Assembly: GCF_006345805.1 (NCBI RefSeq)
Contig: NC_043002.1
Coordinates: forward strand, 78,368,001 to 78,432,000
Reading direction: 5' to 3'
Length of the DNA stretch: 64,000 nt
Source of the DNA: Octopus sinensis
Lineage: Eukaryota
Shown here: positions 38,056 through 49,933 of the stretch, piece by piece
How positions within the stretch are numbered: the stretch's first letter is position 1
How the letters are laid out: each line of letters opens with the position of its first letter
Notes under the pieces: model-generated
Database searches by the model: none
Told to the model about the DNA's origin: nothing
What the model saw: only the letters and a program-made list of their open reading frames with translations
Made by a program: the position numbers and the translations under genes

Positions 38056-38437
38056 GTAAGCAATTATAATTTTGTCAAAGCTTCATGAGCACAACATGGT
38101 ACGTGGCCAAGAAACTCACTTTGTAACTCTATGGTTTCAGTTTCAAATCCACTGTGTAGCACTTAGGACAAGTGTCTTCTATCTACGATATTGAACTCAC
38201 AATCATTAGATCATGGATTTGAGTTCTGCACCAAGTGTTATGTTATACTGCAACCTTGATCAAAGCACTTTGCTTCATGTTGCTCCATCTGTTCAATTCT
38301 ATTAAAAATGAATACCAACAGCAGTTGCTTAAGTGCTTTGCTAACCAGGTTAATTAAGCTCCTTGAATTTGTTATCACTTGCCCCCAGGTCAACCCTGAA
38401 TAAAGACGTCCTAACAATGACCAACCCATATATATAT

Positions 38438-38664
38438 GGCGAGCTGGCAGAAACGTTAGCACGCCGGGTGACCTGCGTAACCATATTTCGTCTGTCGTTA
38501 AGTTCCGAGTTCAAATTCCGCCGAGGTCGACTTTGCCTTTCATCTTTTCAGGGTCGATAAATTAAGTATCAGTTATGCACTGGGGTCAATGTAATCGACT
38601 TAATCCCTTTTTCTGTCCTTGTTTGTCCCCTCTGTGTTTAGCCCCTTGTGGGTAGTAAAGAAAT
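38438..38664 (+). mobile_element. SINE family B
   Basis: GGCGAGCTGGCAGAAACGTTAG...GAGTTCAAATTCC...GCCTTTCATC...GTCGATAAATTAAGTA; at least ten more copies (for example 28672, 34525, 41545, 57512, 58050, 59288). Confidence 0.85.
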
Positions 38665-38682
38665 ATATATATATATATATAT

Positions 38683-38725
<43 letters not shown>

Positions 38726-38789
38726 TACATATATAATGGAATAGTTAGTATAAAGCATTGTGTGGAATATATTATATAAGATTCGTGGA

Positions 38790-39084
38790 TAAGGCTGGAA
38801 CAATGTGAAATAAATCCAAGCCAAATCACAAGAAAACAGGCATATGAATTAATGGTGACTTACCCTGCATTCAATATTTAAGGGTTATGACTCCCTCTTC
38901 AGGAATTAGCGAATGTTGTGAGTATGTACATCTGCAACATTCACTATGTACATTTGCAACATTTGCTAATTCCTGAAGAGGGGATCATAACCCTGAAATA
39001 TTGAATGCAGAGTAAATTACCATTAATTCATAGGCCTGTTTTTTGCGATTTGCCTTGGATATATTTCACATTGTTCTGGCCTTA
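38790..39084. repeat. Fold-back element (arms of about 128 bp) with an HHR motif in each arm
   Basis: 38790-38918 is an imperfect reverse complement of 38957-39084; the spacer contains a short direct repeat. Confidence 0.85.
38969..39006 (+). ncRNA. Minimal type I hammerhead ribozyme motif
   Basis: ATTC-CTGAAGA-GGGG(atcataa)CCCT-GAA-ATAT-T^GAAT; the mirror copy at 38869-38906 has GAAA changed to TAAA. Confidence 0.7.
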
Positions 39085-39089
39085 CCTAC

Positions 39090-39390
39090 ACCCCAACTGG
39101 CTCTTGTGCCGGTGGCATGTAAAAACACCATCCGAACATGGCTGATGCCAGTGCCGCCTGACTGGCTCCTGTGCTGGTGGCACGTAAAAAGCACCCACTA
39201 CACTCTTGGAGTAGTTGGTGTTAGGAAGGGCATCCAGCTGTAGAAACATTGCCTGATCAGATTGGAGCCTGGTGTGGCCTCCTGGCTTGTCAGTCCCCAG
39301 TTAAACCATCCAACCCATGCCAGAATGGAAAACAGACGTTAAACGATGATGATGATGATGATGATGACGACGACGATGACGATGATGATG
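39090..39390 (+). mobile_element. RTE 3'UTR fragment with (GAT)n tail
   Basis: Shared GTGGCACGTAAAAAGCACCC...CCATGCCAG.ATGGAAAA..GACGTTAAA(CGAT)n. Confidence 0.7.
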
Positions 39391-39431
39391 GTATATATAT
39401 ATACATATCAGTCACTTGCCCATAAGTCTGT

Positions 39432-39490
<59 letters not shown>

Positions 39491-42400
39491 TCTTGGGTGA
39501 ACCAAAGCCTTGTGAGTGATATGTGGTGGACAGAAACTTGTGAAAACCTAAAAGAAGAACTGATGTTTTAGAGCAGTAGACATGATCCATCACCCTGCAT
39601 AAAGGTACCTTTAATGGAATTCACTCTATTGTAAGCTTTTGGGTCAGTCTTTGGGCTGAGGATAGCTTCTTCCCTTCTGCCTAGCAACGTCAGAAGACTG
39701 GTTCATGGCTGATGTTCTTCCTTCTTTGTTTAAGCCATAAAAGAAATAACAATATGAAATTAAATAAATTCCTTCTGATTATTCATGATAATTCTTGTTT
39801 TTTTCTTTGTTTTTTTTTCTTTTTGTTTGTTTTTGAAATCCTTCAATTTTATTTCATTTTTCAGTGATGTAAAAGGATTCCTAATTGGTGTTTATTGATT
39901 ACACTAAGATCAGAACCATATAAGAAACCATTCAAAACGGTGGAGGGGGGGATAGCACTTTGTTACTATTCCAAAATATTATTTTCTAAATGACCCACTT
40001 TAAATATATACAGAGAATTTCTTATAATCAAAGAACTTCCATTTAACAAATTCAGTATCAGTCTAAGTAACAATTACCAATATACTTAAGTAGTCCATTT
40101 TGTAGATCTCATATTTCTCAACTTGATTTAACACACATTATAATATCAGCTGTCTTCTAAGAACTGATAATTTAGGTATTTCTCAAGAGAGAAATATTAT
40201 TATATAGTCTCTTTAATAATATTATATATATTATCTTATATGTTGGTTGTGTGTTCAAAGCTCTTCCCTATTCGCTCTAATACTAATGATTTCAATTCAA
40301 ATCTTGTCAATTTGATTATATTTTTATTTCTTTTCTTTTCTCTCAGAAGGAATGGATCAGTACTGTTACTGTAGCAAGCGTTTAGTGTAGTAAATATGTG
40401 CATATTTTTGTTTGACATCTCCTTTGATCTACACTATGTATTTTCAATCATATGCCATCCAAAAAAGTGAGATACACAACTCTATCAAAAGCAGTAACAT
40501 ACAATATTTCAAAGAGGTTTACAAAACCAAAAATAAAATTTTTTTGAACTCATTTATAATGCTCTGTTAAGTAATCAAAATGCCCCTGGGGAACAATAAC
40601 ACCTAAATTGAGGCGATTAGCTAACTTGTCATTTACTATTACTAGAAGAGTTTTTTAAAAAATAAAAAGAGGAAGCATTGATCAGTTGTGGATTAGGTCA
40701 AAACAGTTGAATGGCTATTTGTTGAAAACAGTCCTCCTCTCTCTCTTCCTCCTCATCATCTTCATTGTTGTTGTTGTCTTCATCATCGTCATCGTCATTA
40801 TCATTATCATCCCCCCCCATCATCATCATCATTTAACGCCTGTCTTCCATGCTGGTTCTGAGTTCATATTTGAATGAGCTGTTAATTCAAGTATTTTATT
40901 GATTACAAATTCAAAGGACATGAGGGTTGTATGGCAACATGCATAGGAGAACAATTTCAGTTATGATTCTTCTGCTTCTGGTGAATCAGATGTAAAACAC
41001 ATTCAGTTCTATGCATAACATTGAATAGCATTAATCAAGGTTCAACCAATTGTCTGACCTGAACAAGTGATTACTTTTAAAGAATTAACAAAAGAAACTT
41101 TCAGATGACAGAAACAGAAGTTGTCCTTGTGAGACATTAAATAGAAGCAGAGGGGTATGAAATAAGGAATATATTAGTCTTAAATTGTGTTAATACATCT
41201 TAAACACAGAGTTCTCTAAATTGGTTTGGTAGAAGAGAAACTGTGGAATAAACCCCTTATTAATAAACATGTCAACTGTTGAGCTGAGGAGGTTCCATAT
41301 GATATTTGACCTGTTAGAAATAACAGCCAAATCTCCCTCAAATTGCACCCTGCTATCTTAAAAAAGAAAAGCCATGTTGAATAATGTAGTCCTAGATACA
41401 TAAGACAATATGATCGTATCATAGTTGAAATGCCTTTGATCATAAGTCTGCTTGAACAGGGTCAACTTAGGGTAAACAACAACAGCAACACCAAAACTAA
41501 CCAGGTAACAGCAAAATTAATGTTACTGATCAGAAATATTGGTTTCAAATTTTGGCACAAGGCCAGCAATTTCAGGGGAGGAGTTAAGTCGATTACATTG
41601 ACCCTAGCGGTACTTATTTTATCAACCCTGAAAGGATAAAAGACAAAGTCAACCTCACTGGAATTTGAACTGAGAACATAAAGATGGACAAAATGCCACT
41701 AAACATTTTGCCCACTGTTCTAATGATTCTGCCTGCTCCCCATCTTATTCTACATATAATTAGTTCCCTAAAATAATAACTATATTTGATGACATATAAG
41801 ACTTACTTTTCTTCCAAAAACTTATCTTGAAAGAATTACCCTGGGTCCTATATATGAAGTTGGGTTTATATTACATACTTTAATACACTAAAAACATTTT
41901 CCCCTGAATATGCACTGTTGAAACTGGTGTATGTCAAATATTCCTGTGAGTCTTTTATGCCATCAAATATAGTAACAAGAAGAGTCAGTTGCATATGAGT
42001 AAGAATTAACTATGATTCCTTATTCCATTTCTAAATGATTGACTGAATTCTGATGTGTTCAAATATAGTTTAACAACTGAAGTAAGTTTACTTTTTTGAA
42101 TTAAAAATCATAAAACTATTGTAGCATAGATTGTTTCAGCTACTGTTTCTTTACATTCCATTTTAACAATAAAATAATCCACCAAGTATCTTTGTTTATT
42201 ATGAATTAAATTTCAATGTTTAAAAGTTAATTAAAAGAGCCCCCAATTTAACTTTTTGTTCTCATATTGTTGTTGAAATACATTATCTTTCTTTCAAATA
42301 ACTCTGAAAATAATGAAAAGATTAGTAAAATAACTCTGCTCTTATTTACTAAGCCTGAGTTTGGAACATAGATAAACAAATTTTTTTTAGAAAGATTTTA

Positions 42401-43258
42401 ATTTAGATTTCCTAAAAACAAGAATTTTATATCATAGAACAAATGGATATGGTTGGGTTTATATCAAAAAAGTTTTAAAACTTGCCAGGAAAAGAATAAA
42501 TAAATTATATAGATAGAATCGTCAAGTGTTAACAGAAATGGTTTTGGCAAGTGCGACATAAACAATTTTTTAATATTGAATACATTTAAAATTTTGAAAC
42601 ATCCTAAAATAGTTTCTTCCTGTAGAATTGACTTTTCTCTACTCAGTTGTCAGGTTTCCAAACTGTCCTACCTACTGAAGACTCTCCATCTCTCCTTCTC
42701 CTTTGTTCATGGGAAATGTGATACAGACTAAGTTATTATTTTTCACATCAGCAAAGATTTTGATTGTGTCAAGTGTGAGAAATTTCTAACGACAACAGAC
42801 ACCTATTAGTTACACCAGGGATATGATTTCTGTGTAGGTGAGGTAGGCATACCCAGACTAAACCTATAAATGTAAATTATTGATTAATAGAATATAAATT
42901 ATTTCCAGTTCATTATGAAAATGCTAATTTAATGCATGAAATTCCACACATAATTGAGGTGAATAGCTTTTTTTTTTATGGTAGACAGACCCAGTTTCCC
43001 TGAGTCTGTCAACCTTGATATATATATATAATAGTATTATCAAAGGCATAATTACATGCAGTGGATACACTTTTAAATGCATTAAATATCAAAATAGAAT
43101 AAAAATAGAAATAATTCTTGCCTTTTGTTCTGTATCATACCAGTCATAATGTATGCATATACATGTGTGTGTGTGTGTTTGTGTGTGTGCTTATACACAC
43201 ACACAGATATATTTATATATCCATATAAAGATGCATGCTTGTATATATATATCACACA

Positions 43259-43314
43259 GTTTAACAAAACTGTCCGACGAACGGGAACGTGAAACTCCGA
43301 GTAACAGCTTTTGT
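43259..43314 (+). ncRNA. Stand-alone 56-bp hammerhead-like insertion
   Basis: TAACAAAA-CTGT-CCGACGA-ACG(ggaa)CGT-GAA-ACT(ccg)AGT-A^ACAG-c-TTTTGTTA; flanked by the direct repeat TATATCACACA. Confidence 0.65.
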
Positions 43315-43394
43315 TATATCACACACACACACATACATACATATACATATATATATATATATATATTATATAACTATGTGTGTACTCATGTATG

Positions 43395-43445
<51 letters not shown>

Positions 43446-43862
43446 TACATGATAAAAAAGAATGTAAGAGGATGTTCAAGTACTCAGCACATAATGAACA
43501 AATACATACCTAGATGTGTGTATGTGTGTGTTTTACTCTTTCTTCTATATGTCTAAGTATCTTGCCTCTGCTAAAGACAAGTTAGAGCAATCACTGTGCT
43601 GGTGAGGCCCATTGAGGTAGAAACATATTCCCACTGCAGTTCTTTTGTCTCCAGACAGACATGTTTACTTTGTAACACAAGACACAAAACTGGGGTAATC
43701 AAGGTCAAACCTTGGTTATGTAACCATAAGAGTAGCACCTTTTAGTGCATAAGTGCTGAAGGTGGTGCCGCCAGCTTAAAAAAAGTTTGGTGTGAGTGTG
43801 GATAACTTTTGACCTCTCCCTGTATAAATATAGTATAATTTCAAAGGCTTATCATCTTAAGA

Positions 43863-44150
43863 GTGGAGGCACATGGCCTAGTGGTTAGAGCAGCGGACTC
43901 GCGGTCGAGGGATCGTGGGTTCGAATCTCAGACCGGGTGATGTATATGTTTATGAGTGAAACACCTAAGCTCCACGTGGCTCCGGCAGAAGGTAATGGTG
44001 AACTTCCGCTGACTCTTTCGCCACAACTTTCTCTCACTCTTTCCTCCTGCATCTTGCAGCTCACCCGTCCAGGTGGAGAACCTATACACCAAGGAAACTG
44101 GAAAACTAGCCTTTATGAGCCAGGTATGGCTTGGGAAGGAACAAACAATC
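43863..44150 (+). mobile_element. tRNA-headed SINE, family C
   Basis: A box TGGCCTAGTGG and B box GGTTCGAATC, followed by a non-tRNA body. Confidence 0.8.
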
Positions 44151-45407
44151 ATCTTAAGAAACATAATATCATCTGTTGTAGTTGTTGTTGATGTTGTTTC
44201 TGTAGCTTTGTTGTTGTTGCTTTACATGTAAGACTATTATTTAAAGTCTCCTTCCTTTTCTTTGTTAAGATGGTAGGGTCTAATAAGAAAAAGATTTTAC
44301 TGCTATGTCTTGCTGGTTAAGCAACTGTGTAGATGCTTCCTTCGAAGGATCATATATCACCTTGTGGCTTGGTGAGATAGTACTAGTACAGGACTTCAGT
44401 AATAACAATGGGTTTGATGATGAATGAGTAAATGCATGACTTATCAGGGCAGTTATTTAGTGACGCTGCTTAACTGGCAACAAGAAGCGGCAACAGCCAT
44501 ATCTAATTCCAATCAAGTTGATTGAAGCTAGTGAAATCAAGTATGTTTTACTTAGAAGTATAATACTATGCTACAAATGGTGGTTGAAATTGAGTACTCT
44601 TTAATGTGTGTGTGTGTGTGTGTGTGTGTGTATGAGTATGCACATGCATACTTCAGTGTGAATGCATGCACTATGACTGTATAGGTAAGAAGTCTTTGAG
44701 ACAAATACCAGTTTATTAAGCTTTCAATGATGTGTCTACTTTGAGTATGATACAAAAATTGCTATTTTGAACTAATACTGCTTCTATTACTCATAATGAA
44801 TTTTTATTCAGCCTGCCATTTAATTGTAACAGCAGTGATTTTCAGTCATTATTTTATTGTATCAATAGCAGCTTATTTTGTCTTCATGCATGATTACCAA
44901 TGGGCACTTGCTACTGACAATGTTCAAAGAGGCAAAAATACACATTTAGCAATGCTGCCACTGTTGCTAGGCCATTTTCATTTGCTCCTGATATATTTTT
45001 GTGTTTTTTTACACTCTGCATCTAGAAGGGATGGTGTCACTAGACAAATATTGCAGTTTATCAGGTTTTTGACAATGTATCTGCTTTAAGTAAGACACAC
45101 AGAATGCTATTTTGAACTACTGCTGCTTCTGTCACTGATAAGGAATTTCCAAATAAGTATATATTTATACATGTAGATGTATTATCAGAGCTTTAACATT
45201 TACTTTTCTATGCTTTCAAGGGTCTGAGGCAGATTTTCTATGGCTGGATGCTCTTCCTGTTGCCAAACCTCATTTGTTTCCAAACAAGGTAATATTCCCC
45301 TATGGCTGGACATGTCTTCATGGAACAAACCCATTTATACAATGGTGATACTCCTTCACAACAATCACATGATTTCAAGACAAGAAAACATGAACACCGC
45401 ATACATG

Positions 45408-45460
<53 letters not shown>

Positions 45461-46192
45461 CACACAACACACACACACACACACCACACACACACACACA
45501 CACACAGATACACACACGAGCGCGCGCGCGCACACGCCCCCCCCCCCCCCCACACACACAAACAGAAGTGCCATGCAGTGCAATCAAAATCTAGGACAAC
45601 CTGACTGTGAAATTGCAAAGTGAACTTTTTAATTACACGGGCATACTTATACCCATAAATACATGTGTGTGTGTGTGTGTGTGTGTGTGCGTGAGTGTGC
45701 TTGTGTGCATGCATGCGTGTGTGTGTATGAGTGTGTGTGTGTGAATGTGCTTAAATGTCTCTACAAGGTCTGATGCTAAAAAAAGAAAGAAAGGAAGTGA
45801 ACAATAACCTCAATCTTATTTTCAGCTGTACCTAATCACACAAAGTAAGAATAGAGGAAAGTCCTTTATATAAAACAATTATAATTTGTTTGTTCAAATG
45901 TTGGTCCCTAATTAATGTAGCCATAAATCTCAAGTAGCTGACAAGTATTTATGGATAATATTTATGGATGACTAGTATACATAAGAATAACCTTCCTCCC
46001 TCCCATCAGAACCACTGTGCCTAATGGAATTTTCTCGTACAGTCTAATAATCATCTGTGTCTGTATCATTGTGCATGTTTGATCATATGCTTGTGTATGA
46101 TTGTATGTGTGTATGAATGTATATTTTTGTATGTGTTTATGATTGTGTATCTGTATCTGCATGTGTATGTATCATTCTCTATCACTAATTTG

Positions 46193-46534
46193 CGAAGGTG
46201 CATGGCTCAGTGGTTAGAGCATCGAGCTTACGATCGTGAGGTTGTGAGCTCGAATCCCGGACCGGGCTGCGTGTTGTGTTCTTGAGCAAAGCACTTTATT
46301 TCACGTTGCTCCAGTTCACTCAGCTGTAGAAATGAGTTGCGACGTCACTGGTGCCAAGCTGTATCGACCTTTGTCTTTCCCTTGGATAACACTGGTGGCG
46401 TGGAGAGGGGAGGCTGGTATGCATGGGTGACTGCTGGTCTTCCATAAACAACCTTGCCCGGACTTGTGTCTAGGAGGGTAACTTTCTAGGTGCAATCCCA
46501 TGGTCATTCATGACCGAAGGGGGTCTTTACCTTA
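46193..46534 (+). mobile_element. tRNA-headed SINE, family D, with 14-bp TSD
   Basis: TSD CTATCACTAATTTG at 46179-46192 and 46535-46548; A box TGGCTCAGTGG. Confidence 0.9.
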
Positions 46535-47826
46535 CTATCACTAATTTGTAATGTAGCTTTGGTTGTAAATTAACTTGGTGTGAGTTTGTGTGCGTTTGTG
46601 TATATGTGTGTGTTTGTGTCTAGGTAGCCTGTGGATGTTGTTGCTTTTGTCGTTGTTATTCAGTCCCAAAGTCAATGCTCACTGAACAGATTTATGAGGA
46701 AAGATATTACGACCACTGGTGGCAAATCAACAAAATTGTTGGACCAGTTTTTGTTCTGAATTCAAATCCTGCTGAAGCCAACTTTGTTTTCATCTTTCTA
46801 GGGTCAATAAAATAAACTCCTGGACTACCTGTCCAGTCTTGTGGATTGATGGAACTCTTAGAGCATTGGACACAATATTTTGTTCAGGATTTTAATGTTG
46901 TGTGTGACCAGGCAGGTACAGCAAACTTGTCTGTGTCTGGCTGGCTAAAAACACCTGAAGGAACACAACAGAAAACCACCATGGTATTCTCTCATAAAAA
47001 ATACCATGACAAGCAAGTAAATATTGTCAATGAAGTCACTAAAATATTACTTAAAGGAAGATTACAGTTGTGATTGATCATTGCTTTGGAGATTTCTAGA
47101 ACAACTTTGTCGAATGTACCACGCCACTTTATGGTACTGGGTGTGATTTAGATGAGATTTGGTCACTATCTCTATCAAGTCAAGCAATGATATGGAGACT
47201 CCCTCACTGGTTCGTTTGTATGTATTTGGGGTGTGTATGCGCATATGTGTGTGTTTGTCTATCAGTATGTGCGTGTATATGTTGTAGCTGTGTTTTTGTA
47301 GCTTTTAGCATGTGTGTGTGTGTGTGTGTATGTGTGTGTGTGTGTGTGTGTATGTGTGTGTGTGTGTGTGCATGAGAGAGAGCATATTTGTATTATTTTA
47401 TCTGTAATTCATAGCATACTTTCCCCACCTCTTGTTATTCCTAGTCAATGGACATTATCACTTGATGCATCTTATCACGAAAACGCACTTGCTACATCAA
47501 TGTGACTGTACATAACAACATTATTATCTTTAACAGCTAAAGTATGGATGCTTACTGGCAGAATTAGTTGAGTGTATGACAAAATGCTTCGTGAGATATA
47601 GTTACAGCACCATGCCAATAAAAGAAGGAATAAATGTAGGAGACATGGATTCTGCAAGCTGCAGTGCACACAACCTGTCTGAGAGAACGTTACCTCTGAA
47701 TAAAAACTTATAACAAGTACAGTTCTATATTTAAGAGATGAGGAATTATGTACATTATTTACATTATTTACATTATTTACATTATTTACATTCAACGGAT
47801 ATTTGTCCTCATCTTGTTTGTTGTTA

Positions 47827-47870
47827 ACACAACGTTTTGGCTGATATACCCTCCAGCCTTCTTCAGGTGT
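47827..47870 (-). ncRNA. Minimal hammerhead motif, G12A-decayed in this copy
   Basis: ACAC-CTGAAGA-A-GGCTG(gagggtatat)CAGCC-AAA-ACGT-T^GTGT; the CCGAAA to CCAAAA change fits CpG decay. Confidence 0.65.
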
Positions 47871-47926
47871 CTTGGGGAAATTTCAAACCTGGGTTCTCAT
47901 TCCTAAGGTATTTTTCGATGTTATTA

Positions 47927-47979
<53 letters not shown>

Positions 47980-47990
47980 ATTATTATTCA

Positions 47991-48063
47991 GGTCACTACC
48001 TGGAATCAAACTTGGAATCTTGGGCTTAGTAGCCCACACTCTAAACCACTATACCATATGCCC
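47991..48063 (-). promoter_or_regulatory. tRNA-like Pol III internal promoter (A and B boxes), decayed
   Basis: GGGCATATGGTATAGTGGTTTAGAG...AAGTTTGATTCCAGG; 73 nt; box spacing typical of tRNA. Confidence 0.6.
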
Positions 48064-48377
48064 GTTAACAACAAGCAAGATGACAAATATCCGTCGAATG
48101 TAAATAAGGTAAATAATGTTATAACAAGTACTTAGGAGAGCTCTTTAGGCTTGCTACAGACAACCTTTTTAATGCTGTTAAATGTCTTTAGCTTATGCTG
48201 TAAATTTACTGGTGGCTGGAACACATGATACATACACAAAAACATAACATACACTGCAATGTGATTGGTGGTTTTCTTTGTTGTTGTGTGTGTCAGATGA
48301 TATGGAACCATGACAAATGGAAAGATGCTGTGAGATCTGTTCAACCAATATCGACACAGAAAAATAGATTTTATATA

Positions 48378-48656
48378 CAGTGGGGGGAAATAAATATTCG
48401 TACACGTCAAAATTCTTTATTTATTTAATTTCTAATGAACATAAATGGGATATACCAATACTATATTTGCATACATATGCATAAACTAAGAATATGCAAA
48501 ATAAACTAATAAATTATAGTAACTATCCAATTCTTTTGTATATTCTTAGTTTATGCATGTGTATGCAAATATAGTATTGGTATATCCCATTTATGTTCAT
48601 TAAAATTAAATAAATAAAGAATTTTGACGTGTACGAATATTTATTTCCCCCCACTG
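48378..48656. mobile_element. Tc1/mariner-type MITE with TIRs of about 124 bp
   Basis: TA|CAGTGGGGGG...CCCCCCACTG|TA; near-perfect arms around a 32-bp spacer. Confidence 0.9.
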
Positions 48657-48945
48657 TAAGGATGATGATGCATTTTATAACATAACTTGACTGGTAACAG
48701 GAAGGGTAGCTAAGGGTTCAAATCCCATCCAGGCTAACTTTGCCCTTCATTCTTCTGGGGTTGATAAAATAAATACTGTATTTCCATTCATTGAGAGCTA
48801 TATTTTTTTTCTTAAAATAAGTTTCAGACATTAACTATACCTTCAAAAGAACAAAAGTTACATTTTTCATAAACAAGTTTGAATACCAAAGAAGGATTAT
48901 TTATCTAAGCTAAGCTTATTATGACACTATACGGTAACATACTGT

Positions 48946-49279
48946 GAAGATGCATGGCTCAGTGGTTAGAGCATTGGGCTCACAATAATGAGATAGTGAG
49001 TTCAATTCCCGGACCGGGCAGTGTGTTGTGTTCTTGAGCAAGACACTTTATTGCACATTGCTCCAGTTCACTCATCTGTAGAAATGAGTTACGACATCAC
49101 TGGTGCCCAGCTGTATCAGCCTTTGCCTTTCCCTTGGATAATATCGATGGCATGAAGAGAGAAAGTTGGTATGTATGGGCAACTGCTGGCCTTCCACAAA
49201 AACAACCTTGTCCAGACTTGTGTCGAGTAACTTTCCAGGTGCAGTCCCATGGTCATTCATGACTAAAGAGGGTCTTTAC
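48946..49279 (+). mobile_element. SINE family D
   Basis: Full-length homologue of 46193-46534. Confidence 0.85.
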
Positions 49280-49541
49280 TGTAACAATGAAAGAAAATAA
49301 TGCAGACAAGTGAACAACAGGGTCTTTATGTTGTTAAGCCACAAATATAAAACAAACAAACAAAAAAATTGTGTTTAAGAATGGAAATGCTTTTCTTTGT
49401 TTTAAAATTTTCAAGTTGTAATTGGTGTGCGTCTTTGATGCCAAAACATTCTCCATGATGGAAAATACGGTAGCAGTCATGTACAAGTCTTAATCAACTA
49501 TATTAGATAGATAAAGTTATTCACTTTTCAAATCATACTGC

Positions 49542-49573
<32 letters not shown>

Positions 49574-49602
49574 TTGTCGTTGCTGCTGTTGCTGTTGCTG
49601 TT

Positions 49603-49933
49603 GAGCAGTCCGAAACATGGTCCTTTGCTATTCGTAAGACCCGCAGAAGAGAAAGCAGGTCAACCCCTGACACCGAGAGCATCGACGGATGGATGAATGT
49701 GCATCCAGGCTCAGCGGTTGCGTAGGAAGTCGGGGACAAGAAACAGGAAGAAAGAGTGAGAGAAAGTTGGGGCGAAAGAGTACAACAGGGGTCGCCAACA
49801 ACCCTGCCGGAGCCTCATGGAGCTTTAGGTGTTTTCACTTAATAAACACACACAACGCCCGGTCTGGGAATCGAAACCGCAATCCTCCAACTGCGAGTCC
49901 GCTGCTCTAACCACTGGGCCATTGAGCCTCCAC
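49603..49933 (-). mobile_element. SINE with family C head and a different 3' tail
   Basis: Head and body match 43863-44050, then the sequence diverges; 3' stem-loop GACCTGC/GCGGGTC and (CAG/CAA)n tail. Confidence 0.75.

Larger units (their letters stand above)
47721..48118 (-). mobile_element. Composite retroposon: inverted tail copy, tRNA-like head, (AAT)n, hammerhead motif, (TGTAAATAA)n tail
   Basis: Flanked by the 13-bp direct repeat TTATAACAAGTAC (47708-47720 and 48119-48131). Confidence 0.8.

Noticed and set aside
40347-40400. Strong polypyrimidine splice acceptor
   Set aside because: All frames stop within about 15 codons and there is no convincing donor; a UTR exon cannot be excluded.
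43866-43935. Functional tRNA genes here and at 46196, 47991 and 49860
   Set aside because: They have A and B boxes, but the acceptor and anticodon arms are imperfect and run into repeat bodies; they are treated as SINE heads.
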